NCBI RefSeq assembly: GCF_009834535.1
Contig: NC_045696.1
Span: 86,058,001-86,122,000, forward strand
Direction of reading: 5' to 3'
Length of the DNA: 64,000 nt
Source: Camelus ferus
Taxonomy: Eukaryota
Positions 25,536 through 39,077 of the stretch are shown piece after piece; position 1 is the stretch's first letter; every line of letters starts with the position of its first letter. Below the pieces are notes generated by a model that saw nothing but the letters and a program-made list of their open reading frames with translations, did no database searches and was not told the DNA's origin. Both the position numbers and the translations under genes were made by a program.

Positions 25536-28499
25536 TGAAGCAAGGATTCTGATTTTTTTGAAGGACAATGTTGGTAATTGTATAAAATAAAGTAACTTGT
25601 TAAGTAATTAGCATTGTCTGACATTGATAGAGGCTATGAGGAATCCAGTTAACATACAAAGTTAGTTATACTTAATTAGTCTTTATGTTGAACGTGTAAA
25701 CTCAAATGTTGAGAAGCGAGTTAAAAAATTACATACATGAAACTACAAAGTACATGGTGGTCATGCCACAGATTATTTGGTCTGGAGGGATTTATAGTGA
25801 CTTTTTCAGCCTTCATTTGAACCCGACTCTCTTTGTCAGGTGCTTAACCACACATCTCATCTCTTTTATTTCCCCCACTCCTTCTCTTTAGAGAAGTTTA
25901 AAATTAAGTTCAATATCCTGAGTTAGGGAAGCAATTTCCAAAGAGTCAACTCTAGTGAATAAAAATAATGTCACAGGTCAGAGAACTTGTCACATGAATC
26001 CTCACCAACTAAAAATAAAGATAAATGTAAATATTTGGGGGGATAAATTTCATCTCCTCTGAGTAGGAGGCTGTCTTTGTAGAGTTAATGGCTTTATAAT
26101 AGTTAATAACTTTTAACTTTTTCTCCCTGAATTGTTGATTCTTTTTCAACTAATGAACTTGGATTTCTTTTACATAAGTTTTAACAAATGATAATGTCAC
26201 ACAGGACTTTCTACTACATCTGAACTGCTGCTATGCAAATTGGAGGCAAAATGCCAAAAAGTTAGAAAAAGCATGCAGAAGTGCCTCACAAATGCTTTGT
26301 GAATAAACCCCTTAATCTTGGTTACTAGCCGCACCATCTGTTCTCTAGCCAGGCATTTTTTTTCCTCCAAAAAAATAAGTGATATGAATCTTTCTAATTG
26401 GAGAAGAAATATTAGAAAACCACACAAAGGAAGTAAGTTCTTTTAAGAGTTTTGTTTTTTGGTTTTTTTCCCCTTCTGGAAAAATAGGACAGAATGAGTT
26501 GAGGACAGTATTGAAAGTTGATACTTAAAAGTAAAAGGAAATAAAGTAAAAGTGAATTCTGAAAGAGGCTAGAGAAACTTAGTACACATGTACAAGTGAT
26601 CCAACATTTTAAAAATAAGGAATAAAATCATCAAACAAGTCTTAAATTGTGACACGTTGCTTTCCTTGAAGGATAAATTTGCCCTTGCATATAAATAATA
26701 AATGAGATCAGTGATTAATTTAGATGCTTTTCTGTAACTTAACGACACTGAAATAATGAAGTCTTTTTCTAGTAGGTTGGACCATTTACCAGTAATTTGT
26801 GGAATGTGCCTTCCCTTTGCATTTATAAATAAACACAATAGTTTTTTAAACAACTACTTACAGAAACCTGAGAGAGTGACACTGGACAGGTAGTAGACTG
26901 CTTGGCCAAGAATAATTAGCATGAAACACAGTAAGGGTGATTCTGTATGCTCGCTGGCAGAAATTGCCAGCAGTCCCTCAAAATAAAATATGGCCCACAT
27001 ATACAATATAATCAAAATATGACACATCCATGTTCTAGATTGATTTTTAAAAACTAGTTTGAAATAGAATAGAATAGAAGGGAACAGAAATTCCAAAACA
27101 GTAAGAGCTGTGCAGAAGTCCTCAAGATGACTGGATAGCTCCAAAATCTGCCTGTAGGACAGTAGGAAAATCAACCGAATGCTTTCATCATAATAATCAT
27201 AAGTTTACCAAACTATTCCCAGACTCTTGTTAAATGCTATGGCTAGAAAAGGACCTTATATTTGGTGTGTTAACATATTTCATAGAAGTCCAAATGTTAA
27301 TCATCATCTCCGGAACATTTCTTTGTTTCCTACAAGAAAGGCACAATTTCTGGAACAATTTGGAAACGAATAAATTTTAAATGTTTAATTTTTATGGATT
27401 GAAGACTTTTCATCATCATGTAGTTCATCTGTGAACTACACATCCTGCAGTTCATGTGTTCATACTGTGGAATTCACCGAGATAAAGGTTTTGCCTGGAA
27501 TTTCTGGCTTGACATTTACCGATTTATTAATCTAACTGAATTCTCATTTCTGTTAAACCACAAAATAAAAGATATAGTTACACTTGTATTCATACAGAAA
27601 TTTGACTATGCTGATGTTACCATGTATTCTGCACAGTTACTTCTTTATTTTCCATTTCAACATTAACGTTTGCATGTATATATATGTATATATTTCTCTA
27701 ACATCATATTTCTCTCTGCATCATTTGCAATATTGTCACAATCGTTTTTTAAACCAGTTATAGTCTGTAAAATATAAAGCTTCTACAGTTATGCTTAAAA
27801 TATTAAACACATTTAATTTAAGTGACATTATAGAAAATAATTATCAATTGTTCCCTTTTGATATACAATATGTACTAAGCACTATGACCAAACTCTTTTG
27901 TTTATGAATAATATAGGTCCCAAGAGATAAAACAATTTGTCAAATGTCTGTGACAAATAAAAATGCAAAACTGCCTAAATTAAAAAGTATGTATATTGTT
28001 TGGATTCCATTAATTTCATATTAGGCTATCTGAGGTTAATTACCAGAAGTATGAAAACTCAACAACATATAAAATTCAAATAGTCCACACCTACCTTTTA
28101 CTTTTCTCTGTAAATACCGATGAATTAACAGGGAACAACTGTCACATGGTCTTTGGATCATCCTTTAGTTTATAATGACTTTCTGATCCACTGCCCGGCC
28201 TTTAAGATGCTGATCCTATCTGTGCTAGTTGAGTACAATATTTTCACATTTCAAATGTCTAACTAGGTTAATATCAAAAAGTAAATTAAATAAGAAACTT
28301 TTCTTTAACTTAGATTTAAATTAGGAAAATGAACAATGTCTTTTTGCATAGAAATGCTGCTTCCTATATAATATTGAGTAAGTTACTAAACCTTAAAGCA
28401 CCTCAGTCTACCCAAATGTGCTATAGGAATTTTTGGAAGATAAAATGAATTAATTAAAAATTAAAAATTCTTCACTCATAATAATAAATACTTAATTAT

Positions 28500-29130
28500 A
28501 ATTGTTTAAAATATCATTGTAATATATGGTTACTTATTCATTTTATGTGTCATGAAGTCAAGTTCTATAGACGTATTTTTATAAAAGTATTTCCTCCATA
28601 TATAATTCAAATTTATTTTTTCTTGGCTACACATTATTTCCTTTTATAAGTGTATCATAACTCACTGGAATATTGATAGATTGTGGGGTATTCATGTTGT
28701 TTCCTTTTTACTTCTTCTCTAAGCAATGATGCTGTGCATAACTTTATGCATATATTTTTTCTGTAGAATTAATCCCATGAGATCAATTTTCAGAAGTGGG
28801 AATTATGGATCAGAGTCTATATATATATATTTTATTTTTTACTAAAAAGTCATCACTTTGCTCACAAAACTGCTGTAACTATTTACGTTACTGCAAGTTA
28901 TATATGAGATAAATGATCTCTGATTCTTCATCTGTTAGTAGGTATTTTCTCAATTTTTCAAATAGCCTGCCTTATGGATATAAAATATTTGTTCAATGTT
29001 ACTTTAATTTGCATTTTTGCCTACTAATTAGTTTGAGTGTCTTTTCATATGCTTATACACCATTTGGGTTTGTTCCTCTGTGAATTGCCTCTTCATATTA
29101 TTTCCACATTTTCATATTGAGCTCTTTGTC
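28500..29130 (-). mobile_element. L1ME-type ORF2 3' region
   Basis: cagaagtgggaattatggatcagag; tttaatttgcattt; cttttcatatgcttat; ctgtgaattgcctcttcatat. Confidence 0.8.
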
Positions 29131-29139
29131 CCTAACTTA

Positions 29140-29900
29140 CCAAATTATTTTTTTCCTGTGCTTTGAGATGTTTCTTTCCATTGATATTTTAAGCCAAAAA
29201 TTCTGGTCTCAACAGTGATTACGTCTTCTTCAGTTCATCTAGTAAATTGTTCATTTGGGAAATCATATGTTTTTTATTCTCTGTTTCTAAAATAAGTGTT
29301 TTCCATGTGTGTCTCTTGCATTCATATCTAGTAATCTCTTTTCTGTTATTATTCAAGTTGCTGCCTGTCAACACCAAGAGTTCCGTTTTTCTTTCCCTGT
29401 ACCAATTCTTTTTTAACTGCTATTCCTATCTTGTTATCAAGATTCCTTAAGTTTGTTGTTATTATTATCCTTTTTATTTTATTGTTTTGGGGGTTTCTAG
29501 TCTGGCTGGTGCAACACCACCTAACAGTGAGTGAATGGCATGAAAAGCATTGTCCACCACATAAGGGTGGTGGGGGTATGGGGGTGCAGCATTAGGTAAG
29601 CTGCCTTTCATCTACTAAGGCACCAGGAGAAGTGTGCCTCTGGCTGGGGAGGGCCCAGCCTACTTACTCATGTTCCCATTGTCCTCATTGTGATGATATT
29701 TTACATATGTGTCAAAGGATCCCAGGGGGCCAAGATTTTTCTAGGTCCTAATATTCACTTGGAGCTTTAACTTATCCCATGATATCATGGGGCAGCCACA
29801 GAGTTCTGGGTAGATAAACTGTGAAGTTCAGAGTGAAAGGGAGGAAGCCAAATTCAGCTCTCAGTCTCTCTAGAATTGTTCCTGCCTGTATTTTCTTTCC
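29140..29900 (-). mobile_element. Probable old L1/HAL1 ORF1 and 5' UTR fragments
   Basis: Pyrimidine-rich antisense-L1-like sequence followed by a more GC-rich 5'-UTR-like block. Very diverged. Confidence 0.35.
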
Positions 29901-31129
29901 ATAATTAAATATCCAATTATTTAGATTAGCTAATAGTTACTTGAATATATTGATGTCTTTAAAATATTTCATTCAAAATTGCTTTCAGCATATAAATGCA
30001 AAGCAAGGATAACTGACTTTAAAATAGATTACAAGTGTCGTGTCATCAAACTTGGTAAATGGCTATTTTGTCTCAATGAAATACAGATGCATTTTTAATC
30101 CTCTTTCTCTCTGAGTATTTCCTGCTATTATATTCTAACTTGTCAATCATAAAGGTAAAATGTAAAGAAAAAAAGAAAGAAGTGAGATGAAAATAAACCT
30201 GGATATTCATCTTTTTATATAAATTTCAGCAAGTAAACCCAACAGCATTGACATTCTTAAAATACAACTTATCTTGAGGCTGCATACAATAGGGAAAATT
30301 CTGTGAGTGATGTATTATACAGTGTTTTACCCTGACAATAAATTGATGAGTGGTATAAGCGATACACACACTCCAAATCTCAACAAATATTTATCTTCAG
30401 AATGCATATTTTTCTTTTTTTAAAGTTTATATTCTACAAGTTTTTCAAAATTCTGAGCTAACATCTTATAAGCAAATCTAAACATCATCTAATTCTACTT
30501 TCTCAGAAGTCATTTCAAAAACAATGATGGAATGTTTACTTTCCCCTTTAAAAGCTTTGAAGTAGAATTGATAATGCAAAAATTTAATCCATCTTTCACC
30601 TATACTTACTTTTAGACTAGTAGTTTTCAAAGTATTAATCTATACTTTAACATTGCATATTAATGATATACTGGTATGTTGATGGGCAGTTTTCTCATTA
30701 CAAATAATGCATTTTATAATAGATTTTTTTTATGTCCATGGATTGATTGTCTTATACTTTATATAAATCATGTATTATGAGCTCATTATTCCAAGAACCA
30801 AAGGCTACTTATCTGAAACTTTAATGTAATTACATTAGCTTCAGGAGAATTTCTACTATTAATAACACCATAAGAAAAATATAGTGGCCACTTTAGAAAA
30901 ATCAAATGCCATATTAAAAGTTATAATACATTATGATATTACACATCATAGCATGATATCAAACTTGATACATTGTCCTTTCTGCATAAAATAAATGAGG
31001 TTACTATGACAAGGCTAGTTAAAGAATTCATAAAGATGTGCAAGTAGGAAAATTAAATAATAGGAACAATATTCAGTAATTCAGTAATAATACCAGCTAA
31101 TATTTCTTCCATGCAATATTTCTGACAAG

Positions 31130-31325
31130 TAGTAGATTTGTAATTCAAAGACTTTGAGTTTAGCTGTGCCTCTAGTCTATGAAAAGTTGAAAAACCTTTA
31201 GAAAATTATTTTACAGGTCTTGGAATTTCATTCTTCTCATGAGTTACATAGGAAAAATAAGAGTATCATAAAATAAATGATATATATGAAAGGGATTTGA
31301 AAATTGTAAGGAGTATAATGCATTT
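31130..31325 (+). mobile_element. MIR/MIR3 SINE
   Basis: aagactttgagtttagctgtgcctcta...aaaataatgatatatatgaaagggatttgaaaattgtaagg. Confidence 0.5.
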
Positions 31326-31490
31326 GTACTTTACATATATAAAGGACTGCTATAACCAAATATTGATGCATTTTAGCACATTAACAACTAAATACATAAA
31401 TGTAAATTCTGAATTTCTCTTAAGTTCCACATTTTAGAGACAGTTATTAAGCAGACTCTAAGACTTGGCCTATATTTCTTTTTTAAAAAA

Positions 31491-31580
31491 TGAGAAAAAG
31501 AAGAAAGAAGGGGAGGAAAATGAGGAGGAAGAAGAGGAAGAATAGGTAGAAGATGAAGAGGAAGGAAGGAAAGAAGGAAA
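31491..31580. repeat. Purine-rich low-complexity (GAA/GAG/GGAA) tract
   Basis: Read directly from the sequence. Confidence 0.9.
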
Positions 31581-31894
31581 ATGTGAAAAATAAATCAAAA
31601 TTGTAAAGCCAACAAGTCTATCAAACTGCTACTTTAGAGAACAGATTCATATACTGTTCACATGAAAAATAAAAATAAGAAAATGCTAAGTCATCACACT
31701 GATAACAAAATTCAAAAAATAAGTATTTTAGTTTTACATTTTTTAACACAGATACTCAAGTGTTTCAAAAGTTTCACATTTCAGCATTCATGTTATATCA
31801 AAATGGAATCTGAAATATCTGTCACTGTTTGGGCATCATGATGTGATTTGTGAGGAGAGCAGGGGACCCATTCATTCTCTAGAAGGCTACTCTT

Positions 31895-32075
31895 TTAGGT
31901 GTTTTGTATGTTATCTCAGTTAATATTTGTAATCACTGTCTCAGTTGCATATGATTTTTATTTCACAGAAGACGATACTGATAAGACACATTCAAAATTA
32001 CAATGGCAGGAAGAGGTGAACTTATATTTGAAGCCCAGTATTACTGAATCCAAAGACACATTTATTTCATTAAAC
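31895..32075 (-). mobile_element. MIR SINE
   Basis: gttatctcagttaat...tatttcacagaagacgatactga...atttgaagcccagtattactgaatccaaagac. Confidence 0.7.
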
Positions 32076-32689
32076 TATCTTCTTTCTGCATATATTTATA
32101 TTTTCTTAATAAATAGGGGAGAAGTTGAAGGGGAGTTAGACTAATTTGGATAATATTAGACATATAATTTAACAGGTACAAGATTAACATTATTTAGGCA
32201 ATGCTTATAAAACTAGTAATTTTAAAGAAAACAAAATCAGCAAGATCAGTAGTCCAATTTCAACATAACCTTTCAGATAATTTTCTATACATTTGATGAA
32301 GAAAGCATGATTAATCTTAATTTGGATGTGGATATCTTTTTATAAAAAATAAAGATTTCTTTACTGGTTATTTAATTCACGAGAAAGTCACAATATAAAA
32401 TTTTCTGCCATAGCAATTTTTTTCCTTTGGAAATTGAAAATAATCTCATTGAAATCATTACCTCTAAAAAACTGAGTTGGAAGTTTTAAACTGATTGATT
32501 GGGAAGATGACAGTTACACAGATCCCAATTTTTCGAACTCCTCAGTTTATGGCCAATTATCATCAGCTGTGTGTTTGAATTGATTTTTATTTTAGTTTTC
32601 TCCTTCATCCACATTCCCCAGTCACATCTGATGGTCCATAAAGACCACAGTAGGCATATATTCTTATGTTCGATGTATGTTCTTAGATA

Positions 32690-33950
32690 ATGATGTGTCC
32701 TAATAAAATAATGTAATATCTTCTTGTTTGTCTCAAATTTAAAATTTTAATGATAGTATGTACCTTGATTGTTCTATTTCCTACTTTTTATTAGTAAAAC
32801 TATATTTTACTATTTATCTGTTATTTTAGATGTATCTTTTTGGTGGTTTCTAAATACATGGCATTTAAGAGAATTTCATCCACAATATTTAATTTATCTA
32901 TTACCCTAAAGATGAAGGTATAGGCTGCCTCCAACTCTCAACTACCATAAATATTTTCAGTAAATCAATGTTCCATGATCCCTCATGGATCTATTACACA
33001 AACCAGAGAAATGTTCTGTACATATAAACAAGGCATGGAATCGCTGGATTAAAGGGAATACACATGTTCGATCTGCTAAATACTGTCAGATTGCCTTTAG
33101 AATGGTTACTATTTCACTTTCATCTCCAGGGAGTAGTTTTGCTGTATATGATTTTTGTGGAGATAAGCAGTCTTAATTTCCTGCTATGTTGGATGCTGCC
33201 TGACCAGAAACTGCCTTGTATCTGGTCCTGGGGGCAGAAATGTACCTAATCACAATTTCCCTCTGGGCCTCATGGCTCTCTCCTTAGCAGGAAGATCCAC
33301 CACTTCCTATAAGCCCTCATGATCTCCGGAGGTTGAGCAGCTATTTCCCCAGTGATTTCTTTAAATCACTGTCACCTGATGTCAAGCAGCCATCCTATAA
33401 AAAGAAATAACAATAGGAGATGGTATCCAGTGCATTCAGGTCAGTTTTAGACCAAGTTATCTACCAATCAGGAAATCAGAGAAATATGTACCTGCTACCT
33501 TTATGCCTCTGAGACTTAGCAAGCACCAAGAAATGCAGCTGGTGTTTACCCTCAGCCCAGAACACACACTTTTTTCCCCCAACACCTATAAAATATTACT
33601 CTGTTAACTGCTTGCTATCAGTGTCCTTGGAGACAATCTAATTATAATTTGATTCCTGTTCTTTTTTTAGATGATGAGCTTTTTCTCTGTTTAAGCTTTT
33701 ATAATGTTTTGTTTTGTTTTTCTAAAATTTCATAACAAATAGAGCTATTTAGAATATTTGTTTTACTCATGGTTTTGTTAAATTGCACCATAAGATGTCA
33801 AGGTGTGACTTTTCCTTTATCAATCTTGTTTGGTACTCTATGATATACACCCAACAGATATCTTTCACCTTTCTTTTAGGAAATTCTTAGTCATTATATT
33901 TTCAAATGTTTCCTCAATTCCAGTTATTTTTGTTTTCCTTTCTTTCTGGT
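32690..33950 (-). mobile_element. Old L1ME/HAL1 ORF1 region, interrupted at ~33175-33570 by an unassigned more GC-rich (LTR-like) insert
   Basis: gagtagttttgctgtatatgattttt, resuming with caacacctataaaatattactc...gatgtcaaggtgtgacttttc...ggaaattcttagtcattatattttcaaatg. Confidence 0.6.
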
Positions 33951-33974
33951 AATACTATAAAATGGCCTACCTTA

Positions 33975-36900
33975 CCAGGTATTAACATAGCACTCCTGCA
34001 TTTCACTGATTATAGTGTATCTTTTCCCATCCTTTTACTTTCACTTTACCTCTGTCTTTAAGTTTGAAATGAGGTGCTTAAAAGCCGAACACAGTGGATC
34101 ATTTTATTTTTAAACTAGCCTGCCAATCTGTGTCTTCTGATTGGTGCATTTAGACCATTTACACTTAAGGTATACTGACATGTTAATATGTGATTCTGCC
34201 ACTTTATTATTGGTTTTCTCTTTGCTTCTTCATGTTCTCATTCCTCTTTTTCACTTTTATTCCCTTCTTCAGATTAGTTGAATATTCGTCAGGATTACAT
34301 CTTGAATTATTTCTAGCAGTTTACAGAGATTTTTAATGCTTGTTCTTTCTGTAAAGATTTTTTAGTGGTTGCTCTGAGTGTTACAATATGCATATGTGAT
34401 TTAAAACAGTCTACTGGTACCCACGTTTTACCACTTTCAGTGAAGTGTGGAAACCTTTCTGGCATTTAGGGTTTTTTTCCTGCTTTTAAATATCATTGTC
34501 TTGTGCATCATCAGATGCTGCTATAATGTGTTTCTATCATTAAATATGATGTACAGAACTCATGAAGAGCGGAACAACCTATTACATACACCCGTATTTC
34601 TGTTCTTTCTGTGTCTCCTTCTTCATAGCTGATGTCCCTAGGTTCCTTCTTCTATCATTTCCTTTCTATTTGAAAATTTTCCTATAGCTGTCTTTAAGCC
34701 TGGAGCTCCTTCAAAAGTTTCTTTCAGTTTTCCTTCAACAGAGAGTATAATTTTCCCTTAATTCCTAAAAGATAGTTTCAACTGATACAGAATTCACAGT
34801 GGACAGATTTTTTTTTTTCTTTCAGTCCTTGAAGAATACTATTCCATGGATTCAGATGAGATAGCTCCTCTCATTTGAATCGGTGTTCCCTATAGGCAGT
34901 GCACCATATCATTCTGGCTTCTTTGAAGGTTTTCTTTTTCTTTCACCTTTGGTTTTGGAAAGTTTAATTATGACACGTTTCTGTGTAGGTTTCTTTAAGT
35001 TTATCCTTTTGAGGTTTGTTCAGTTTCTTGGATCTATAGGTTTTTGTCTTTCACCAATTTTAGGAAGTTTCCGGCCATTATTTCTTTTTTTTTTAAATTT
35101 ATTAAACTATAGTTGATTTACAGTGTTTCAGGGGTGCAGCATGTGATGCAGTTTTATATATATATATATATAAAATATTTTTCAGAATCTTCCTTATTAT
35201 AGATCATTAAAAGATACTGAATTTAGTTCCCTGTGCTTTATAGTAGGTCCTTATTGTTTATGTATTTTATATATAGTAGTGTATATCTGTTAATCCCAAA
35301 TTCCTAATTTATCCCCCCTGCCCCATTTCCCCTTTGGTAACCATAAGTTTGTTTTCTATGTCAGTGAGTCTATTTCTGTTTTGTAAATAAATTTATTTGT
35401 ATCATTTTTTTAGATTCCACATATAAGTAATATCATGTGATATGTCTTTCTCTGTCTGACTTCACATAGTATGGTAATCTCTGGATCTATTCATGTTGCT
35501 GCAAATGGCATTATTTCATTATTTTTTATAGCCAAGTGGTATTCCACTGTGTGTGTGTGTATACACACACACACACACACAAACACACACGCACAACATC
35601 TTTATTTCTTTAAATATTCTTTCAGCCTCTTGCTTTTTCTCTTCTCTCTCAGGGTCATATTGGTCAGGAAATATTGGGTCATTTTTAATATCATTGCCCA
35701 GAGGCAACATATTTTTAAGTCTATTTTCTCTCTATTGTTTACATTAGAAGAGTTCTATTTTTCTTCAATGATTCTATTCTTTGTCATCTCCACCCTATTA
35801 TGAGTCCATCCAGTGATTTTTTTTTTAATTCTGTTATTATATTTTTAATTGTATAATTTTCTTTTGGTTATTTTTCATAGCTTCTATTTGTTTGTTGAGA
35901 TTTTCTGTAATTTTCATTTGCTTCAAGATAATTTGTAATTGATTATTGAAACATTTTTATGATGAGTGACTTACGGTCCTAATCAGATAATTCCAACATT
36001 AGATTCAGCTTGATGTTGGCATCAGTCTTTTCTCATCATGTTGTGATTTTCTTGGTATGACATGTGTTATTTTTTATTGTATTCTGGACATTTTGTTGAT
36101 TATATAAGGAGACTCCAGATCCAAAATAAATATCTTATATTGATAGGCCATCTCCTATTTAGGTTTAGCCCATGCATTTTGGTATACTTTTGTGGGCTGT
36201 AATTCAAATGCAGTTTAATCTTTAGAGCTTTTGTAGTGTTATGTTTGTCTGCTAGGTTTTTCTGATGCTGTGGGGCTCCAACTGTTTCCTGAGGATGCTG
36301 CCTGAGAGTCTAGAAGAGGTTTCCCCAGACCAAGTGTCTGATGTCTCTTGGTGAGAAAGGGTGTGGTATGACCCATGACTGGTTTCCTTCCCCTGCCCTA
36401 GTGTCTCTGAACCAAGAAGTATCTAGATCCTATAAGGACAAGGAGGAGCCTCAGTCCAGGCTGTTTGTTGTGGCTATGTCTCTTTTCCAGTTCTTCCAGC
36501 TTGGCCAGATGTCTGTGGTTTGGAGAGGAGTCTCCGTCTCACTGGGATAGAGTACAAAATGCTTAGTGAGCTTGGTTCCCAAGAGAACCTCTACCTCTCC
36601 TACTAGTTCTACCTACTAGAAGATACTCTGGCCTGGCAGGGAAGGGAAAGGAGAGTGCCTCCCCTTGCCTTCTTATCTCTGGCAGAGCTCCTAACCAATC
36701 CTCCTTCTCAGTGGGGTCAGGCTCGCCCTCACCAGTGATGCCAGAGGAACTCCTCTGTGGTGAGGAGGAATCTGCCTCAGTAGGCTGCTTTCTGTTGCTA
36801 GGACGAAGGGTCCATAAATGCTGAGTTAGGGTGGTCTTCTTTCCTGGGTGAGAAGTCTCAGGAAGCCCTAGCGCTGTGCTATCCCTCTGGTCCTGGGGTC

Positions 36901-37067
36901 CAAAACTAACTCTTCCTTTGGGGTTCAAAACTAGCTTTTCTTCCTAACATCTTTCCAAGTGCTGCTCTGGTTGTCTCTTGCACCATCTCCTAGATTTACA
37001 ATTGTCATTAGTTGAGGAACAGCAGAAACAAGTAAGTCTTGGCCATCTTGTCCAAACCAGAAGTCTC
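33975..37067 (-). mobile_element. Old LINE-1 (L1M/L1MD-type) 5' half: ORF2 start, ORF1 and 5' UTR, with the 5' terminus retained
   Basis: Antisense ORF2 start (tcttttcccatccttttactttca; ctgattggtgcatttagaccatttacact). ORF1 (gatagtttcaactgatacagaattc; ttcttggatctataggtt). GC-richer 5' UTR at 36250-37067 ending ggccatcttgtccaaaccagaagtctc, i.e. gagacttctgg...acaagatggcc on the sense strand. Confidence 0.85.
35088..35601 (-). mobile_element. Younger cetartiodactyl-type L1 3' end inserted into the older L1 ORF1
   Basis: T-tail then tatagttgatttaca...ttcccctttggtaaccataagtttgttttctatgtc...tagattccacatataagt. TSD ttatttcttt at 35078-35087 and 35602-35611. Confidence 0.92.
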
Positions 37068-37259
37068 AGTGTGTTCTATTTTAAAATAAAGAATTTCAAA
37101 CAATCGAGCTCGGATGACATTTGCTTCCAATATGCTTTGATATAAGATGGAATGGTACTAGTTTTAAATGTTTAAAATTTAGTGTTACTTTTACATTAAG
37201 TGAGAAACAAGCTGTCAGTGTGACAAGAAATAAAGAAAAAAAGAAATAAAGAAATAAAG

Positions 37260-37950
37260 TTAAACATGGTTGATCCCAACACAGACATTACTCCTTGTTC
37301 CCACCTAATGCCCTACTAAGAAGACTTGAAAATAATACAATAACTTAAATTCCTAAAGACAGAGATAAATGGAATGAGACCACAGGAGACGAAAGGATAA
37401 CAATAAAATTTTCGAAGCTAGAAAGTTAATAGAGAAATGAGCGCTGAATTACCCATTCAGAAAAAGCTGAACTTGAGGCCCCTCATATAATTATGTATGT
37501 GATGGGGATCAAAAAGAATTAGAATGATTTAATTTTAAAATGTGAACTTCATGTTAAACAATTCTAGAACTGAAGAAAACGCATATTACTTGAAGCAGAA
37601 GTGTGAGACACAAAAAGTAGAGAACTTTTTGAACATTTGTATAAAGAAAAGATTTTCAGACACTAGCCTTCACTCTGCACATCTAAGCAACGCCTGTCAC
37701 TCATCCCAAGAACTAGTTTTTTTTCCCCCTGAAGAAGCAAAACTAAAGAGAGACTGTGTTTAAATGTTACCAAGCATAGTTGAGGATGGATATGAGGTGT
37801 CTGACTGAAACAGATTACATAACAGTCTGCTTATAGAAGAATGAGGCTCTCAGTGTCCTTCTTCTACTCATCTCTCATCATGCTATCTTGTGGGTTTATA
37901 TAATGTTGGGAAAAGATTGAATTATTTTGTTATGGTAGAACTGAGAAGAA
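37260..37950 (+). mobile_element. L1ME-type 5' end fragment
   Basis: ccctactaagaagac...aacaataaaattttcgaagctagaaag...cagaaaaagctgaacttgagg resembles L1ME 5' consensus sequences. Confidence 0.55.
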
Positions 37951-37974
37951 TCCTGCAAAGTTGTCCAACTACAA

Positions 37975-38230
37975 AACTGAGCAGTTAGTTAATGATTAGG
38001 ATGGTAGAGTCACAGCCTCAGTGTCTGTTACACATCCGTGAGCTGTTTTACAGATGCTATAACTGCCACCAGACGGAAAAGCTAACTGCATGATGACCAG
38101 AATGCAGCTATGACATAAGCCTAGGAAACACCAAATCTTCCCCTGCCCTGGATGGAGATTCTGTACAAACATCCTTGAGAAGATAGTTCAGAATGAAACC
38201 TGTCAATGCCTCTGTTCACAAGACATGCAA
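37975..38230 (+). mobile_element. Probable ERV1 LTR fragment
   Basis: gatgctataactgccaccagacggaaaagctaactgcatgatgaccag...cccctgccctgg has an LTR U3-like character. Confidence 0.4.
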
Positions 38231-38940
38231 AAATGTGAGAGATCCATATAAAATTGTCTCACAATAGTCTTTATACTGAAATTATATGCATTTTTCTATA
38301 AAATACAATGAAAGGAGTTTACTGTTATATGCATTTGCTAAGTAAGAAAGTGAAACTGATTTTAAAAATCACAGTATTCATAGATATGTGGAAAATATCT
38401 AGTGATTGCCACTACAAAACATATTTTATGAGTAAATATTGCATAATTTAATCACATAAAAGTCTAACTTTTACTACTTTGGTGTAGTCACAAATAGAAA
38501 AATTAATTTGTAGTTTGTAAATAAGACTGTTTTAAAAAGTCAGCTCTAGAGTAAGAATAAAAATAAATAAGATACTTTCGATTTTCACTAAAGCAAAGAA
38601 CATTTAATAAGTTGGAAATCTTAATATAATAAATAAAATTATCAATAAATTGTCATAACAAAGCAGTCTAATAGCAGAAAACAAATTATTAAAAGAAAAA
38701 TAATACTATCAATTGAATGTAAATTACCCTTTCTGAATGTTTTGAACTAGCTTTTTATGCAGTATATATATTTTGCAACTGTGATTTTTTAAAAATATAA
38801 TTTCAGCAGAAGCATGTTTTCTTTTTCCTTTTCTTGGTCAATGCTTGTTTTTCCATTTAACATATGAGTAAACTAAGTTCCACGTAAACTAGAGATATAT
38901 ACAAATATATTATCATGTTCACATCATATATTTTCAAAAA

Positions 38941-39077
38941 AGGGTATAGCTCAAGTGGAAGAGCGCATGCTTAGCATGCACAAAGTCCTGGGTTCAATCC
39001 CCAGTACCTCCTATAAAAACCTCTCCCCACAAAAAAATAAATAAAATAAAATAAAATAAAATAATAATAATAAAAAC
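38941..39077 (+). mobile_element. tRNA-Ala(AGC)-derived SINE (camelid Vic-1-type); not a tRNA gene
   Basis: 38941-39011 closely matches mammalian tRNA-Ala-AGC: A box 38947-38958, anticodon AGC 38973-38975, B box ggttcaatcc 38991-39000. It is followed by aaacctctccccac and an (AAAAT)n tail. Flanking repeat atattttcaaa at 38928-38938 and 39078-39088. Confidence 0.9.

Noticed and set aside
28095..28262. Minus-strand 168-nt exon-like segment (ctag|...AAG|gtaggt) containing RHLKCENIVLN, reminiscent of the kinase RDLKxEN motif
   Set aside because: All three frames contain stops, the catalytic Asp and the downstream DFG are absent, and the polypyrimidine tract is weak. Likely coincidence.
36563..36928. 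121-aa minus-strand ORF in a GC-richer region
   Set aside because: It lies within the decayed 5' UTR of an old L1. The GC content explains the lack of stops.
38941..39012. Functional tRNA-Ala(AGC) gene
   Set aside because: The 5' acceptor stem is eroded and the D-loop and anticodon stem carry changes. There is no oligo-T terminator, and a SINE linker, A-rich tail and flanking duplication follow.
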